Positions 1 through 8,210 of a stretch of 32,141 bases of DNA are shown here, piece after piece. The DNA comes from a bacterium (GTDB taxonomy: Bacteria > Patescibacteriota > Patescibacteriia > 2-12-FULL-60-25): contig JAGVIJ010000066.1 of NCBI GenBank assembly GCA_020056125.1, forward strand, positions 1 through 32,141, read 5' to 3'. Every line of letters begins with the position of its first letter. Position 1 is the stretch's first letter. Made by a program: the position numbers and the translations under genes. The notes under the pieces were generated by a model. That model had not been told where the DNA came from and ran no database searches. It saw nothing but the letters and a program-made list of their open reading frames with translations.

Positions 1-17
1 CGACGCTCTTCCGATCT
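1..17. other. Illumina TruSeq-type adapter remnant (CGACGCTCTTCCGATCT) at contig end
   Basis: Bases 1-17 match the 3' tail of the common Illumina adapter ...ACACGACGCTCTTCCGATCT. This is not biological sequence. Confidence 0.85.
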
Positions 18-167
18 AAGAATAAATTTTTGTGCGGATTCGCCGATGGACAAAATCAAAATCACCGAGGCGATGCCGATCACAATGCCCAGCATGGTGA
101 GCGCCGAGCGGCCGCGCGTTCGGATCAAACTGCGCACGGAATTGGTAACTAAATCTTTGACGGTCAT
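18..167 (-). CDS. ABC transporter permease, MacB/FtsX-like; N-terminal fragment cut by the contig end
   Basis: The minus-strand ATG at 165-167 gives MTVKDLVTNSVRSLIRTRGRSALTMLGIVIGIASVILILSIGESAQKFI. This is the typical MacB/FtsX N-terminus with a first TM helix. It lies downstream of the adaptor and ATPase genes on the same strand. Confidence 0.6.
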
Positions 168-195
168 GTCTATCACCCTTCGCCAGGATTAATGG

Positions 196-262
196 CAGGG
201 TGATGCCCCGAAGTCCCCCTTCATATGAAGCTTCGGGGGACGAAGGGGAGGGTGGTAAAAGG
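196..262. repeat. GC-rich clamp-hairpin element, intercistronic in the ABC operon
   Basis: ccccgaag (206-213) pairs with cttcgggg (231-238). A nested ttcatatgaa palindrome lies inside. ggggagggtgg (245-255) is the reverse complement of ccaccctcccc at 31827-31837. Confidence 0.5.
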
Positions 263-319
263 CTACGGGTGATGAATCCTATTAAATGATGTTACTCTGT
301 AGTCTTGCCATAGGAAGAT

Positions 320-1078
320 TCATTTTTTCAAACCATCTTGGTTGACGGTGCGGCGATGCAACACCGGAGTGTCAGCCACGATCACGCCATCTCTCAATTG
401 TATGATGCGTTCGGTGTGTTCGGCTGTGTGGGTTTCGTGCGTCACCAAAACAATGGTATGGCCGTGTTTGCAATGCAGATCCTCCAAGAGCGCCATGACT
501 TGCGCGCCGGTTTTGGAATCCAAGTTGCCTGTGGGCTCGTCCGCAAAAATCACTTTTGGTTTGCGAATCAAGGCGCGCGCGATAGCCACGCGTTGGCGTT
601 CTCCGCCGGACAACTGATGCGTTAAACTGCCCATGCGTTCAGTCAGCCCGACCTCTTCGATAGCCTGGCGCGCCAGCGTATTGCGCTCGGCTACCGGAAC
701 ATCGGAATAGAGCAAGGGCACTTTGACGTTTTCCAGCACGCTCATTTTGGGCAAAAGATTGAAGAGTTGGAAAATAAAACCCACCTGCTCCCCGCGCATG
801 CGCGCCAACTCATCTTCATTCAAAGTTGAAACATCGCGGCCGTCAAAAAAATATTGGCCGCTGGTGGCCGTGTCTAAAAAACCCAGGATGTGCATCAAAG
901 TGGATTTGCCCGAACCGGATGGCCCCATGATGGCTACAAACTCCCCGGGCATGATTTCACAATTCACGCCGTGCAGAACCGAGGTCACCAAATCACCGGT
1001 CACGAATTCTTTGGTGAGCTCAACGGTTTTAATAATGGGCGTGCGTTGGCTTTTCATTTTATTAAGGAAGAGTTTCAC
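320..1078 (-). CDS. ABC transporter ATP-binding protein (MacB/LolD/FtsE-like)
   Basis: Walker A GPSGSGKST, ABC signature LSGGERQRVAIARAL, Walker B IFADEPTGNLD, and H-loop VTHE. Confidence 0.95.
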   Translation of the reverse strand: MKLFLNKMKSQRTPIIKTVELTKEFVTGDLVTSVLHGVNCEIMPGEFVAIMGPSGSGKSTLMHILGFLDTATSGQYFFDGRDVSTLNEDELARMRGEQVGFIFQLFNLLPKMSVLENVKVPLLYSDVPVAERNTLARQAIEEVGLTERMGSLTHQLSGGERQRVAIARALIRKPKVIFADEPTGNLDSKTGAQVMALLEDLHCKHGHTIVLVTHETHTAEHTERIIQLRDGVIVADTPVLHRRTVNQDGLKK

Positions 1079-2900
1079 CGGTGATCACCCATTCTCCAAC
1101 TTCTAAACCTTGTAAGACCTCAATGCGTCCTTCGTCACCGCGCAAACCCAATTGGATGGTGCGTTGCACCGCTTGATTGTTTGCCAACACGCGCACGGTT
1201 TTGGCGCCATCCGGTTGAGTGCGTACGGCGCGCAAAGGAATCACCAAGACATTTAAACTCTCACCGGTTTTGACCGTAACGTTGGCTGTCATGCCCGGCT
1301 TAATATCTTTGCCGTCAGTCGTGATTTGCACCCGGACAATATAATAGACCGCGTCTTGCACTAAAGTCTGGTCAGGATTTTCGCTGGTGACCGCACCTTT
1401 AAAAATCACATCATCGCCATACGCGTCCAAGGTGATATCAGCGGATTGCCCAACTTGAATTTTAGCAATGTCGGTTTCCGGCACCATGACTTCAATATCA
1501 TATCCATCGCTCCCCACCATGGTGACAATGGTTTGATTGGCGGTTACACGTTCGCCTGTGTCCGGCAAAATTTCAGCGATCACGCCATCCACCGGCGCAA
1601 TAATTTGCAGACCCTTTACATCGTTCAAAGCCTTCTCATAATTCGCCCGAGCTTGTTGAATTGAAGCGCGCAAACTCGCCACATCCACGGGTCGCGGATC
1701 ACTGCGCTTGAGTTTAAGCGACGCCTCGCTGGAATCCAGCGCCGCTTTTTTAATTTCCACTTGAGTTTGAGCGGCCAGCACCTCGGTGATGGCATCTGTT
1801 TTAGCCGTAGCTAAAGCCGTGATCGTAGCCTGATAAGCATCTTCTAATTTTTGAATAGCCTCGGTGCGCGTGAGTTCAGCGCTGGTGGTGGACTGCAACG
1901 CGGTTTGCACTGTGGTGTATTGGGTGGAAATGCTGGTGCGATCAGTATCAATCAGCGCTTTTTTGGTATCCAAAGTGGTCAGAGTTAAATTAACAGAAGT
2001 AATGGAGGCGGCTAGAACTTTTTGCACGTCAGTCAGATAAGTTTGCGTTTTATTGATAGCGTCCACGATTAAATCACCGGCCGCTTGAATGGCCGCGTTA
2101 TCGGAATTGGAAGTTAATTTGGAAGTGGCGGTTTCAGCCGTAGCCTTGGCCGCTTTGGCGATTTTATAAGAATCTTGCGCGCGCTCCATTGAACCGGATA
2201 ACAAAATACCCAAAACATTTTTGAAACTTTGATTGGCCGCCGTATCATCCACGCCGATAATTTGATCGCCGTCAGTCAAACCTGTTTGCAGCGGCCCCAG
2301 AGCCGTCAGCAACTTGGCGCGCGCGCTGTCATAAGTATTGCGTACGGTCTGCGCTTGAATGGCTTTTTGATTATCCAAATTATTTTTGGCCGACGTCACA
2401 TCCAATTCAGCTGAACTCAAATCATTCACCGTGGTCAACTTGGCGGATTCAAGATCAGCCAGCGCTTTGTTGTAAGCGGCTTGCGCTTGTTGCACATCGG
2501 TTTCCGCCACGCGAATAGCCTCCGGAGTTTCGCCAGCGAGTTTGGCTTGAAGATTAGCCACGGCCACAGCCAAAGCCGCCTCTGCGCTTTTGGCCGCATA
2601 CGTCACATCATCGCCTTTGAGCACTGCCAACACATCGCCCTGTTTTACCAGCTGGCCGACTTTGACGCGCAGTGCATCCACAGTGCCGCCATTTTTAAAA
2701 GATAAATCAATGCGCGCCGCGGGCTTAATTTCACCGGTCACCTCCACGGTTTGGATCAAATCGCGCCGCTCCACAGCCGAAGTTTCATAAACCGGCTGTT
2801 TGGTTCTGCTGCTCCACAGCCAAATTGCCGCGATGCCGACAACCAGCACGCCCAATATGAGATAGGCTTTTTTTCGGCGCAAAAAATTCAATAAAGGCAT
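1062..2900 (-). CDS. HlyD/MacA-family membrane-fusion (periplasmic adaptor) protein with a long coiled coil
   Basis: N-terminal TM helix, lipoyl-like hairpin (VKVGQLVKQGDVLAVL ... IIAPVDGVIAEI), a roughly 300-aa Ala/Thr/Gln-rich coiled coil, and a C-terminal beta-barrel. It overlaps the ATPase gene by 17 nt. Confidence 0.85.
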   Translation of the reverse strand: MPLLNFLRRKKAYLILGVLVVGIAAIWLWSSRTKQPVYETSAVERRDLIQTVEVTGEIKPAARIDLSFKNGGTVDALRVKVGQLVKQGDVLAVLKGDDVTYAAKSAEAALAVAVANLQAKLAGETPEAIRVAETDVQQAQAAYNKALADLESAKLTTVNDLSSAELDVTSAKNNLDNQKAIQAQTVRNTYDSARAKLLTALGPLQTGLTDGDQIIGVDDTAANQSFKNVLGILLSGSMERAQDSYKIAKAAKATAETATSKLTSNSDNAAIQAAGDLIVDAINKTQTYLTDVQKVLAASITSVNLTLTTLDTKKALIDTDRTSISTQYTTVQTALQSTTSAELTRTEAIQKLEDAYQATITALATAKTDAITEVLAAQTQVEIKKAALDSSEASLKLKRSDPRPVDVASLRASIQQARANYEKALNDVKGLQIIAPVDGVIAEILPDTGERVTANQTIVTMVGSDGYDIEVMVPETDIAKIQVGQSADITLDAYGDDVIFKGAVTSENPDQTLVQDAVYYIVRVQITTDGKDIKPGMTANVTVKTGESLNVLVIPLRAVRTQPDGAKTVRVLANNQAVQRTIQLGLRGDEGRIEVLQGLEVGEWVITGETLP

Positions 2901-2964
2901 AACTTATTGAGGAATATTAGCTTGTCTGTGGGATTTAGTCTAGACGCATTTATACGAATTAATA

Positions 2965-2991
2965 TTGACAGGTTGGTGAAATTTTTATAGT
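2965..2991 (+). promoter_or_regulatory. Possible sigma70-type promoter (TTGACA-15 nt-TATAGT)
   Basis: TTGACA at 2965-2970 and TATAGT at 2986-2991. The 15-nt spacer is short. It lies about 35 nt upstream of the AGGAGA RBS and ATG of the NlpC/P60 gene. Confidence 0.3.
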
Positions 2992-3027
2992 TTGGCACCA
3001 CACTCATTTACAACAGGAGAAAATTGC

Positions 3028-3699
3028 ATGTTGAACTACCGCGCGGTCGGCACTCGCTGTGCTGTGGACATGGGTGAGTTGGCTCAAGCTCTGGACCTCC
3101 CGGAGGAGCGAGTCGCGTGTCTACTCGCCCAAATCGGATTCGACATGTGTCGCGCTGATCCCGTGCACTGGGCCAAACAACTCGTGGGTCAGGCCAACTA
3201 CCACCGCGATGCGCCATTCGAACTGGCTCCGCAAGTCGTGGACTGTTCCAGCCTGACCAAGTGGGTCTACCACCAATGCGGCATCTGGTTGCCTCGACAG
3301 GCCGTTCAACAGAGGAGAAGGACCGCCGCTCATCCGGTCAAACTCCGTAACCTGAGAGCCGGCGATCTGGTGTTCCGTACCGGTTATGGCAACTCCTGGT
3401 ATCCGGATGAGGACATCAGCCAAGGCGTAGGGCACGTGGGTCTGGCCACAGGTCAGGACACTGTGATCCACGCCATCAAGTGGGACGGCATCAAAGAAAC
3501 GTCCCTCAAATCGTTCTTGGGCAAGTGGCCCCGTCACGGCGCCACCCGCGTCTTGCCAGCCGAGCGTTGCATCCTGACACTGGTCTGCAACATGGTGCAC
3601 GGCATCGAGTACTCGGAGGATGTGTTCTTTCTGCTCCAAGCAAACCTGTACGAGCAGCACAGCCGCGGCCGCAAGAACAAGCGCCGCGCCAAATCCTAA
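3028..3699 (+). CDS. NlpC/P60 (C40) family cysteine peptidase
   Basis: Catalytic Cys context VDCSSLTKWVY, then GDLVF, His in GHVGLATG, and a second His in VIHA. AGGAGA lies 7 nt upstream of the ATG at 3028. The ORF track starts at an upstream TTG (2992), which I consider less likely. No signal peptide is seen. Confidence 0.8.
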   Translation: MLNYRAVGTRCAVDMGELAQALDLPEERVACLLAQIGFDMCRADPVHWAKQLVGQANYHRDAPFELAPQVVDCSSLTKWVYHQCGIWLPRQAVQQRRRTAAHPVKLRNLRAGDLVFRTGYGNSWYPDEDISQGVGHVGLATGQDTVIHAIKWDGIKETSLKSFLGKWPRHGATRVLPAERCILTLVCNMVHGIEYSEDVFFLLQANLYEQHSRGRKNKRRAKS

Positions 3700-3739
3700 C
3701 CCGCCGGTCTTCTCTTTCCCCGCCCGGCGGGATTTTTTA
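3700..3739 (+). terminator. Rho-independent terminator
   Basis: Stem cccgccgg (3700-3707) pairs with ccggcggg (3724-3731), followed by a T-run (attttttat). Confidence 0.8.
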
Positions 3740-3774
3740 TTGCTATTTTTGAAAAAAATTGATAGTTTATCTGC

Positions 3775-6312
3775 ATGTCCAATGAATATCATGCGCGCGA
3801 AATCGAGCCCAAATGGCAAAAACAGTGGGAGCAAGATGGGATTTATCATGCGGCTCGAGAATTACCTACCGCGAAAAATGAAGCACCCCCCCGCCATAAG
3901 CGGGGTGGTATCGCGGAATCCGCCGAAGCCATCCGCTCTGCGAAGGCGGACAAAAAATTTTACGGCTTGATTGAATTCCCCTATCCCTCGGGCGAGGGTT
4001 TGCATGTGGGGCATCCGCGTTCATATACGGCCATTGATATTGTGACGCGCAAGCAACGCATGCAAGGGAAAAATGTGCTCTACCCCATGGGCTGGGACGC
4101 CTTTGGTTTGCCCACTGAAAATTTCGCCATCAAACACAAAATCAAACCGCAAGACGCCACGCGGAAAAATATTGCGAACTTCACGCGCCAACTCAAGTCG
4201 CTGGGCTTGGGCTTTGATTGGTCGCGCGAAATCAATACCACTGACCCGGCGTATTATAAATGGACGCAGTGGATGTTTTTACAATTTTTCAAACACGATC
4301 TGGCTTACAAGGCCAAGACTCTGATCAACTGGTGCCCATCGTGCAAAATCGGTCTGGCTAACGAAGAGGCACAAGGCGGAATTTGCGAACGTTGCGGCGG
4401 CACAGTGGAAAAACGCGAAAAGGAACAATGGATGATTGCCATCACCAAATATGCGGATCGCTTACTGTCCGATCTCGACACCGTGGACTATCTGGACAAG
4501 ATCAAAACTCAACAAATCAATTGGATCGGTAAATCCCAAGGTGCCACTATTGATTTCAAAATAAAACCTACTCACTACTCACTACCCACTACTCACTCCA
4601 ACCCGATCCGCGTCTTCACCACACGACCGGACACCTTATTCGGCGCCACGTTCCTGGTAGTATCGCCCGAGCTCGCTAAAACTTGGATGGACGCGGGATG
4701 GAAAGCGCCGCGAGCGGTCAGCGCTTATATCAAATCAGCCCTGAAGCGCACCGAAGAGGATCGCGCTACCACCGACAAAGAAAAAACCGGCGTGGCTTCA
4801 GGTATTGAGGCGGTGAATCCGGCGACCGGCAAACCCATTCCCATTTGGATCGCGGATTATGTGCTGGCGGGTTATGGCACCGGAGCCATCATGGCTGTAC
4901 CGGCGCACGATGAGCGCGATTTTGCATTCGCTAAAAAATTTAAATTGCCGATTGTGCAAGTGGTATCCTCGCCTGAAAATTCTTCAAAAATGACAGCGGC
5001 TTTTACCAGTGAGGGCGTAAATATAAATTCCGATTTTTTGGATGGGCTAGCTACTCCGGAGGCTAAAGAAAAAATGATCAGCTGGTTGCAAAAAGAAAAA
5101 CACGGCGAGCCGGCCGTGACCTACAAACTGCGCGACTGGGTATTTTCGCGCCAGCGTTATTGGGGCGAACCCATTCCGATTATCAACTGCGCCAAGTGCG
5201 GTTATGTGCCGGTGCCGGAAAAAGATTTGCCGGTCAAACTGCCCGAGGTCAAAGCCTACGAACCTACTGACACGGGTGAGTCGCCGCTCGCGGCCATCAA
5301 ATCCTGGGTGGAGGTTAAGTGCCCCAAATGCGGAGCCAAGGCCAAACGCGAAACCGACACCATGCCCAACTGGGCCGGTTCATCGTGGTATTTTTTGCGC
5401 TACTGCGATCCGCAAAATGATCAAACTTTTGCCGCGCCTGAAAAACTCAAATACTGGATGCCGGTTGATCTGTACAACGGCGGCATGGAGCACACCACTT
5501 TGCATCTTTTGTATTCGCGCTTTTGGTACAAATTTTTGTGGGACATCGGCGCCATCCCCAAAGAGTGCGGCGCTGAACCATACCGCATGCGGCGTTCGCA
5601 TGGTCTGATCTTAGGTGGCGGCGGAGTGAAGATGTCCAAGTCCAAAGGCAACGTGATCAATCCGGATGATGTGGTAGCCGAGTATGGCGCTGATGTGTTT
5701 CGCGTGTACGAAATGTTCATCGGGCCGTTTGACCAAGATGCGCCCTGGGACACGCATGGCATCGAAGGAGTAAAACGGTTTTTGGAAAAGGTTTGGCGTC
5801 TCTTCTCTAATTTCCATCTTCCATCTTCCACCTTCCATCTTCCCAATGCGACAGAAACTCTGCTCCATCAAACAATCAAGAAGGTCGGCGAGGATATTGA
5901 TTCATTAAATTTCAACACAGCTGTGTCAGCCCTGATGATCTTAGCCAATGCGTTAGCTGAGTCGGGCGCGGAAAAAATCTCTCGCGACACGGCGGAAATT
6001 TTCTTAAAATTATTGGCGCCTTTTGCTCCACATATCACCGAAGAATTGTGGCGCGGGCTGGGACATAAAGAGACCATCCATTTATCCGAGTGGCCCAAAT
6101 TCAATCCGAAAAAAATCACGGCCGCGACTTTTGAGTTGGTGATTCAAGTCAACGGCAAAGTGCGCGATCGCATTTCCGTCCCCTCCGGCATTTCAGCCAA
6201 AGAGGCGGAACGCCAAGCCTTGGCCTCGGAGAAAGTGCAAGGTTTTTTAGCCGGCAAAAAGCCGCAAAAGATCATCTATGTCCCGGGCAGATTGGTGAGC
6301 ATTTCGGTTTGA
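3775..6312 (+). CDS. leuS: Leucine--tRNA ligase
   Basis: HIGH-region PYPSGEGLHVGHPRSY, KMSKS loop VKMSKSKGN, FTTRPDTLFGATF, and the zinc-type motifs CPSC/CERC and CAKC/CPKC. Length is 845 aa. Confidence 0.97.
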   Translation: MSNEYHAREIEPKWQKQWEQDGIYHAARELPTAKNEAPPRHKRGGIAESAEAIRSAKADKKFYGLIEFPYPSGEGLHVGHPRSYTAIDIVTRKQRMQGKNVLYPMGWDAFGLPTENFAIKHKIKPQDATRKNIANFTRQLKSLGLGFDWSREINTTDPAYYKWTQWMFLQFFKHDLAYKAKTLINWCPSCKIGLANEEAQGGICERCGGTVEKREKEQWMIAITKYADRLLSDLDTVDYLDKIKTQQINWIGKSQGATIDFKIKPTHYSLPTTHSNPIRVFTTRPDTLFGATFLVVSPELAKTWMDAGWKAPRAVSAYIKSALKRTEEDRATTDKEKTGVASGIEAVNPATGKPIPIWIADYVLAGYGTGAIMAVPAHDERDFAFAKKFKLPIVQVVSSPENSSKMTAAFTSEGVNINSDFLDGLATPEAKEKMISWLQKEKHGEPAVTYKLRDWVFSRQRYWGEPIPIINCAKCGYVPVPEKDLPVKLPEVKAYEPTDTGESPLAAIKSWVEVKCPKCGAKAKRETDTMPNWAGSSWYFLRYCDPQNDQTFAAPEKLKYWMPVDLYNGGMEHTTLHLLYSRFWYKFLWDIGAIPKECGAEPYRMRRSHGLILGGGGVKMSKSKGNVINPDDVVAEYGADVFRVYEMFIGPFDQDAPWDTHGIEGVKRFLEKVWRLFSNFHLPSSTFHLPNATETLLHQTIKKVGEDIDSLNFNTAVSALMILANALAESGAEKISRDTAEIFLKLLAPFAPHITEELWRGLGHKETIHLSEWPKFNPKKITAATFELVIQVNGKVRDRISVPSGISAKEAERQALASEKVQGFLAGKKPQKIIYVPGRLVSISV
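3869..3950. repeat. GC-rich double hairpin embedded in frame in the leuS N-terminal region
   Basis: Outer stem ccgcga (3869-3874) pairs with tcgcgg (3911-3916). It encloses ccccgc (3889-3894) pairing with gcgggg (3900-3905). A second hairpin pairs tccgcc (3919-3924) with ggcgga (3945-3950). Confidence 0.55.
4568..4599. repeat. Heptamer array: ctactca ctactca ctaccca ctactca ctcc (in frame in leuS)
   Basis: Read directly from the sequence. There are 4.5 copies of a 7-nt unit, and the third unit carries a T-to-C change. It encodes PTHYSLPTTHS. Confidence 0.9.
5812..5843. repeat. Heptamer array: ttccatc ttccatc ttccacc ttccatc ttcc (in frame in leuS)
   Basis: Read directly from the sequence. 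The architecture matches 4568-4599 (4.5 units, third unit with T-to-C). It encodes FHLPSSTFHLP. Confidence 0.9.
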
Positions 6313-6348
6313 CTTTTCCCTGCAAATACCGCAAGCTTTAACCAGTTT

Positions 6349-7203
6349 ATGACTGGTACCTACGGCGTGCCTGTCGTGGACATGAAGACAGGCGGGCCAG
6401 AATTTGCACAGCGCTTTGGCACTGGATTGGAGAAGGTTGGATTTGTCGTGATTGTGAATCATGGCATCGAAGCGCGCCTCCTAAAGCGAGTCTATGAAAT
6501 TGCTCGCCAAGTCTTCGCTCTGCCCACTGAAATCAAAAAAAAATACGAAACGCCCGAAACCGGCCGGCAGGTTGGCTACACGCCGTTTCAGATGGAACAC
6601 GCCAAGGGCAGCGACCTGCCCGATCTCAAAGAATTTTGGCACCTGGTGCGGCCGGGCAATCGCAGTTATTTAAATGTTTTTCCGGACGAGATTCCGGAGT
6701 TTGAAATGATCATGCCCGAGCTGTTTCGCTCGCTGGATAAAATTTCTGTTCGTTTGATCCGCGCCTTGGAATATTATTTCCATTACAGTCCCAACCAATT
6801 GGAAGAATTGGTTCAAGAGGGAAATTCTGTTTTGCGCGTTCTGCACTACCCTGACATCGTACCGGGCATGGAGGGTGTGCGCTCGGCGGCGCACGAGGAT
6901 ATTAATTTTTTAACTTTGATGGTGGCGGCCACAGCAGCCGGATTGGAAATAAAAAATCGAGATGGCGTCTGGATTCCGGTTCATCATCCGCCCGGCTCAA
7001 TCGTGGTCAATGCCGGCGACATGCTCGAATTATTTACCTTTGGAAAATTTCCTTCCACCACACACCGCGTGATCAATCCTGCAAAACCTGACGGCGGCCG
7101 CTATTCCCTGCCGTTCTTTGTGCAGCCGCGACCCGAAGTTCCGCTGGTCACAGCCGGCGGCTTTCTCGCTCAAAGATTAAGAGAAAATAGAGTCATGACT
7201 TAA
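6349..7203 (+). CDS. 2OG-Fe(II) oxygenase family protein (isopenicillin-N-synthase-like)
   Basis: HxD facial-triad context AAHEDINFLTL, distal His in STTHRV, and the RYSLPFF motif typical of the family. Confidence 0.85.
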   Translation: MTGTYGVPVVDMKTGGPEFAQRFGTGLEKVGFVVIVNHGIEARLLKRVYEIARQVFALPTEIKKKYETPETGRQVGYTPFQMEHAKGSDLPDLKEFWHLVRPGNRSYLNVFPDEIPEFEMIMPELFRSLDKISVRLIRALEYYFHYSPNQLEELVQEGNSVLRVLHYPDIVPGMEGVRSAAHEDINFLTLMVAATAAGLEIKNRDGVWIPVHHPPGSIVVNAGDMLELFTFGKFPSTTHRVINPAKPDGGRYSLPFFVQPRPEVPLVTAGGFLAQRLRENRVMT

Positions 7204-7817
7204 ACCGGCCGGAACGCTCGAATCACGGCGCGGACTACTCCTTGAATTAATGGGTCGTGGCAATAGATGGGCTTCATGGATGAATTTGCCGGTTGCAGAC
7301 GGATGCGATCGCGCTCGCGATAGAAACGCTTGAGCGTGGCATAGGCATTATCTAACAGCGCCACCACCACATCGCCATTTTTAGGCGAAGGGTTGCGCTC
7401 CACCACCACATAATCGCCGTCTAAAATTCCATCCTCAACCATGGAATCGCCTTTAACGCGCAACACATAAGAGTTGGCTGAATCAGGCGCCAGCTCAACC
7501 GGCACAGCCATAGTCTCATGCTCGGCCACGGCCTCGATCGGCTGACCAGCCGCGATCAATCCGGCTAAAGGCAAGAGCACGCTCCGGCTCCAGCGCACAG
7601 CCTTATCCGTGGGCTCAAGATCGCGCGAAGTGGCTGAACCTGACTCGTGTAAAAATCCGCGCTCGCGCAAAGCTTGAATGTGCACATGCACTGTAGAAGG
7701 AGAAGCCAGTTCCAATCCGGACGCGATCTCGCGAAACGATGGCGGATAACCGCGGTCGTTGATGAAAGAAACGATGAAGTCTAGGACTTCTTTTTGTTTG
7801 GGCGTAAGTTTACTCAT
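7200..7817 (-). CDS. lexA: LexA repressor (S24 peptidase)
   Basis: N-terminal winged HTH (LTPKQKEVLDFI...GYPPSFREIA), Ala-Gly cleavage site in LIAAGQPIEA, catalytic Ser in VKGDSM, and Lys in ATLKRF. Confidence 0.93.
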   Translation of the reverse strand: MSKLTPKQKEVLDFIVSFINDRGYPPSFREIASGLELASPSTVHVHIQALRERGFLHESGSATSRDLEPTDKAVRWSRSVLLPLAGLIAAGQPIEAVAEHETMAVPVELAPDSANSYVLRVKGDSMVEDGILDGDYVVVERNPSPKNGDVVVALLDNAYATLKRFYRERDRIRLQPANSSMKPIYCHDPLIQGVVRAVIRAFRPV

Positions 7818-7850
7818 AATGCAAAATTAAAAATTCAAAATGCAAAATTA
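7818..7850. repeat. Left arm of an inverted heptamer-array pair: aat gcaaaat taaaaat tcaaaat gcaaaat ta
   Basis: It fills the whole gap between the lexA ATG (7817) and the stop of the four-helix-bundle ORF. It pairs with 8211-8243, with 26 of 33 positions complementary by hand alignment. Confidence 0.85.
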
Positions 7851-8204
7851 GGGTTGCTGATTTTTCACCGTTATCTGGATTTTGGCCATAATGCGTATCA
7901 ATTCCATGGAAAGATCCTCGAGACGGAGCGCAGTTGCCGCATCAAGATAATCCGAATCTTTCAAGAGACGAATCCAATAATTCGCCTCCCGCGCTTCCTT
8001 ATAAGCGATAGCGATTTTGCACACAAAATCTTTCGTTGTGTGGCCGCCAATCGCCTCCTCCACGTTTGCGCCTATGGATGTTCCCGCCCTTAGTAATTGT
8101 TTAGAAAGCACATACTCATTCTTGCGCTCATTCAAATTCTTATAGACCTGAATGACTTCAAGTGCGAATTGGTAGCTTTTGCTACGTAATACATTGTTTT
8201 CCAT
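7848..8204 (-). CDS. Four-helix-bundle protein (TIGR02436 / PF05635, 23S rRNA IVS protein / Avd-like family)
   Basis: MENNVLRSKSYQFALEV...LLRAGTSIGANVEEAIGGHTTKDFVCKIAIAYKEAREANYWIRLL matches the family signature. I place the start at the ATG at 8204. The ORF-track start (8261) would read through the promoter and the repeat arm. Confidence 0.8.
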   Translation of the reverse strand: MENNVLRSKSYQFALEVIQVYKNLNERKNEYVLSKQLLRAGTSIGANVEEAIGGHTTKDFVCKIAIAYKEAREANYWIRLLKDSDYLDAATALRLEDLSMELIRIMAKIQITVKNQQP

Positions 8205-8210
8205 ATCACG

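Noticed and set aside
3700-3774. A T-box or other leader upstream of leuS.
   Set aside because: Only 75 nt separate the upstream stop from the leuS ATG, and most of that is the upstream terminator. This is too short for a T-box.
3121-3849. A 242-aa minus-strand ORF antisense to the NlpC/P60 gene.
   Set aside because: This is a shadow ORF of a GC-rich gene. It runs across the terminator and into the leuS start, and has low-complexity Ala/Gly/Leu content and no motif.
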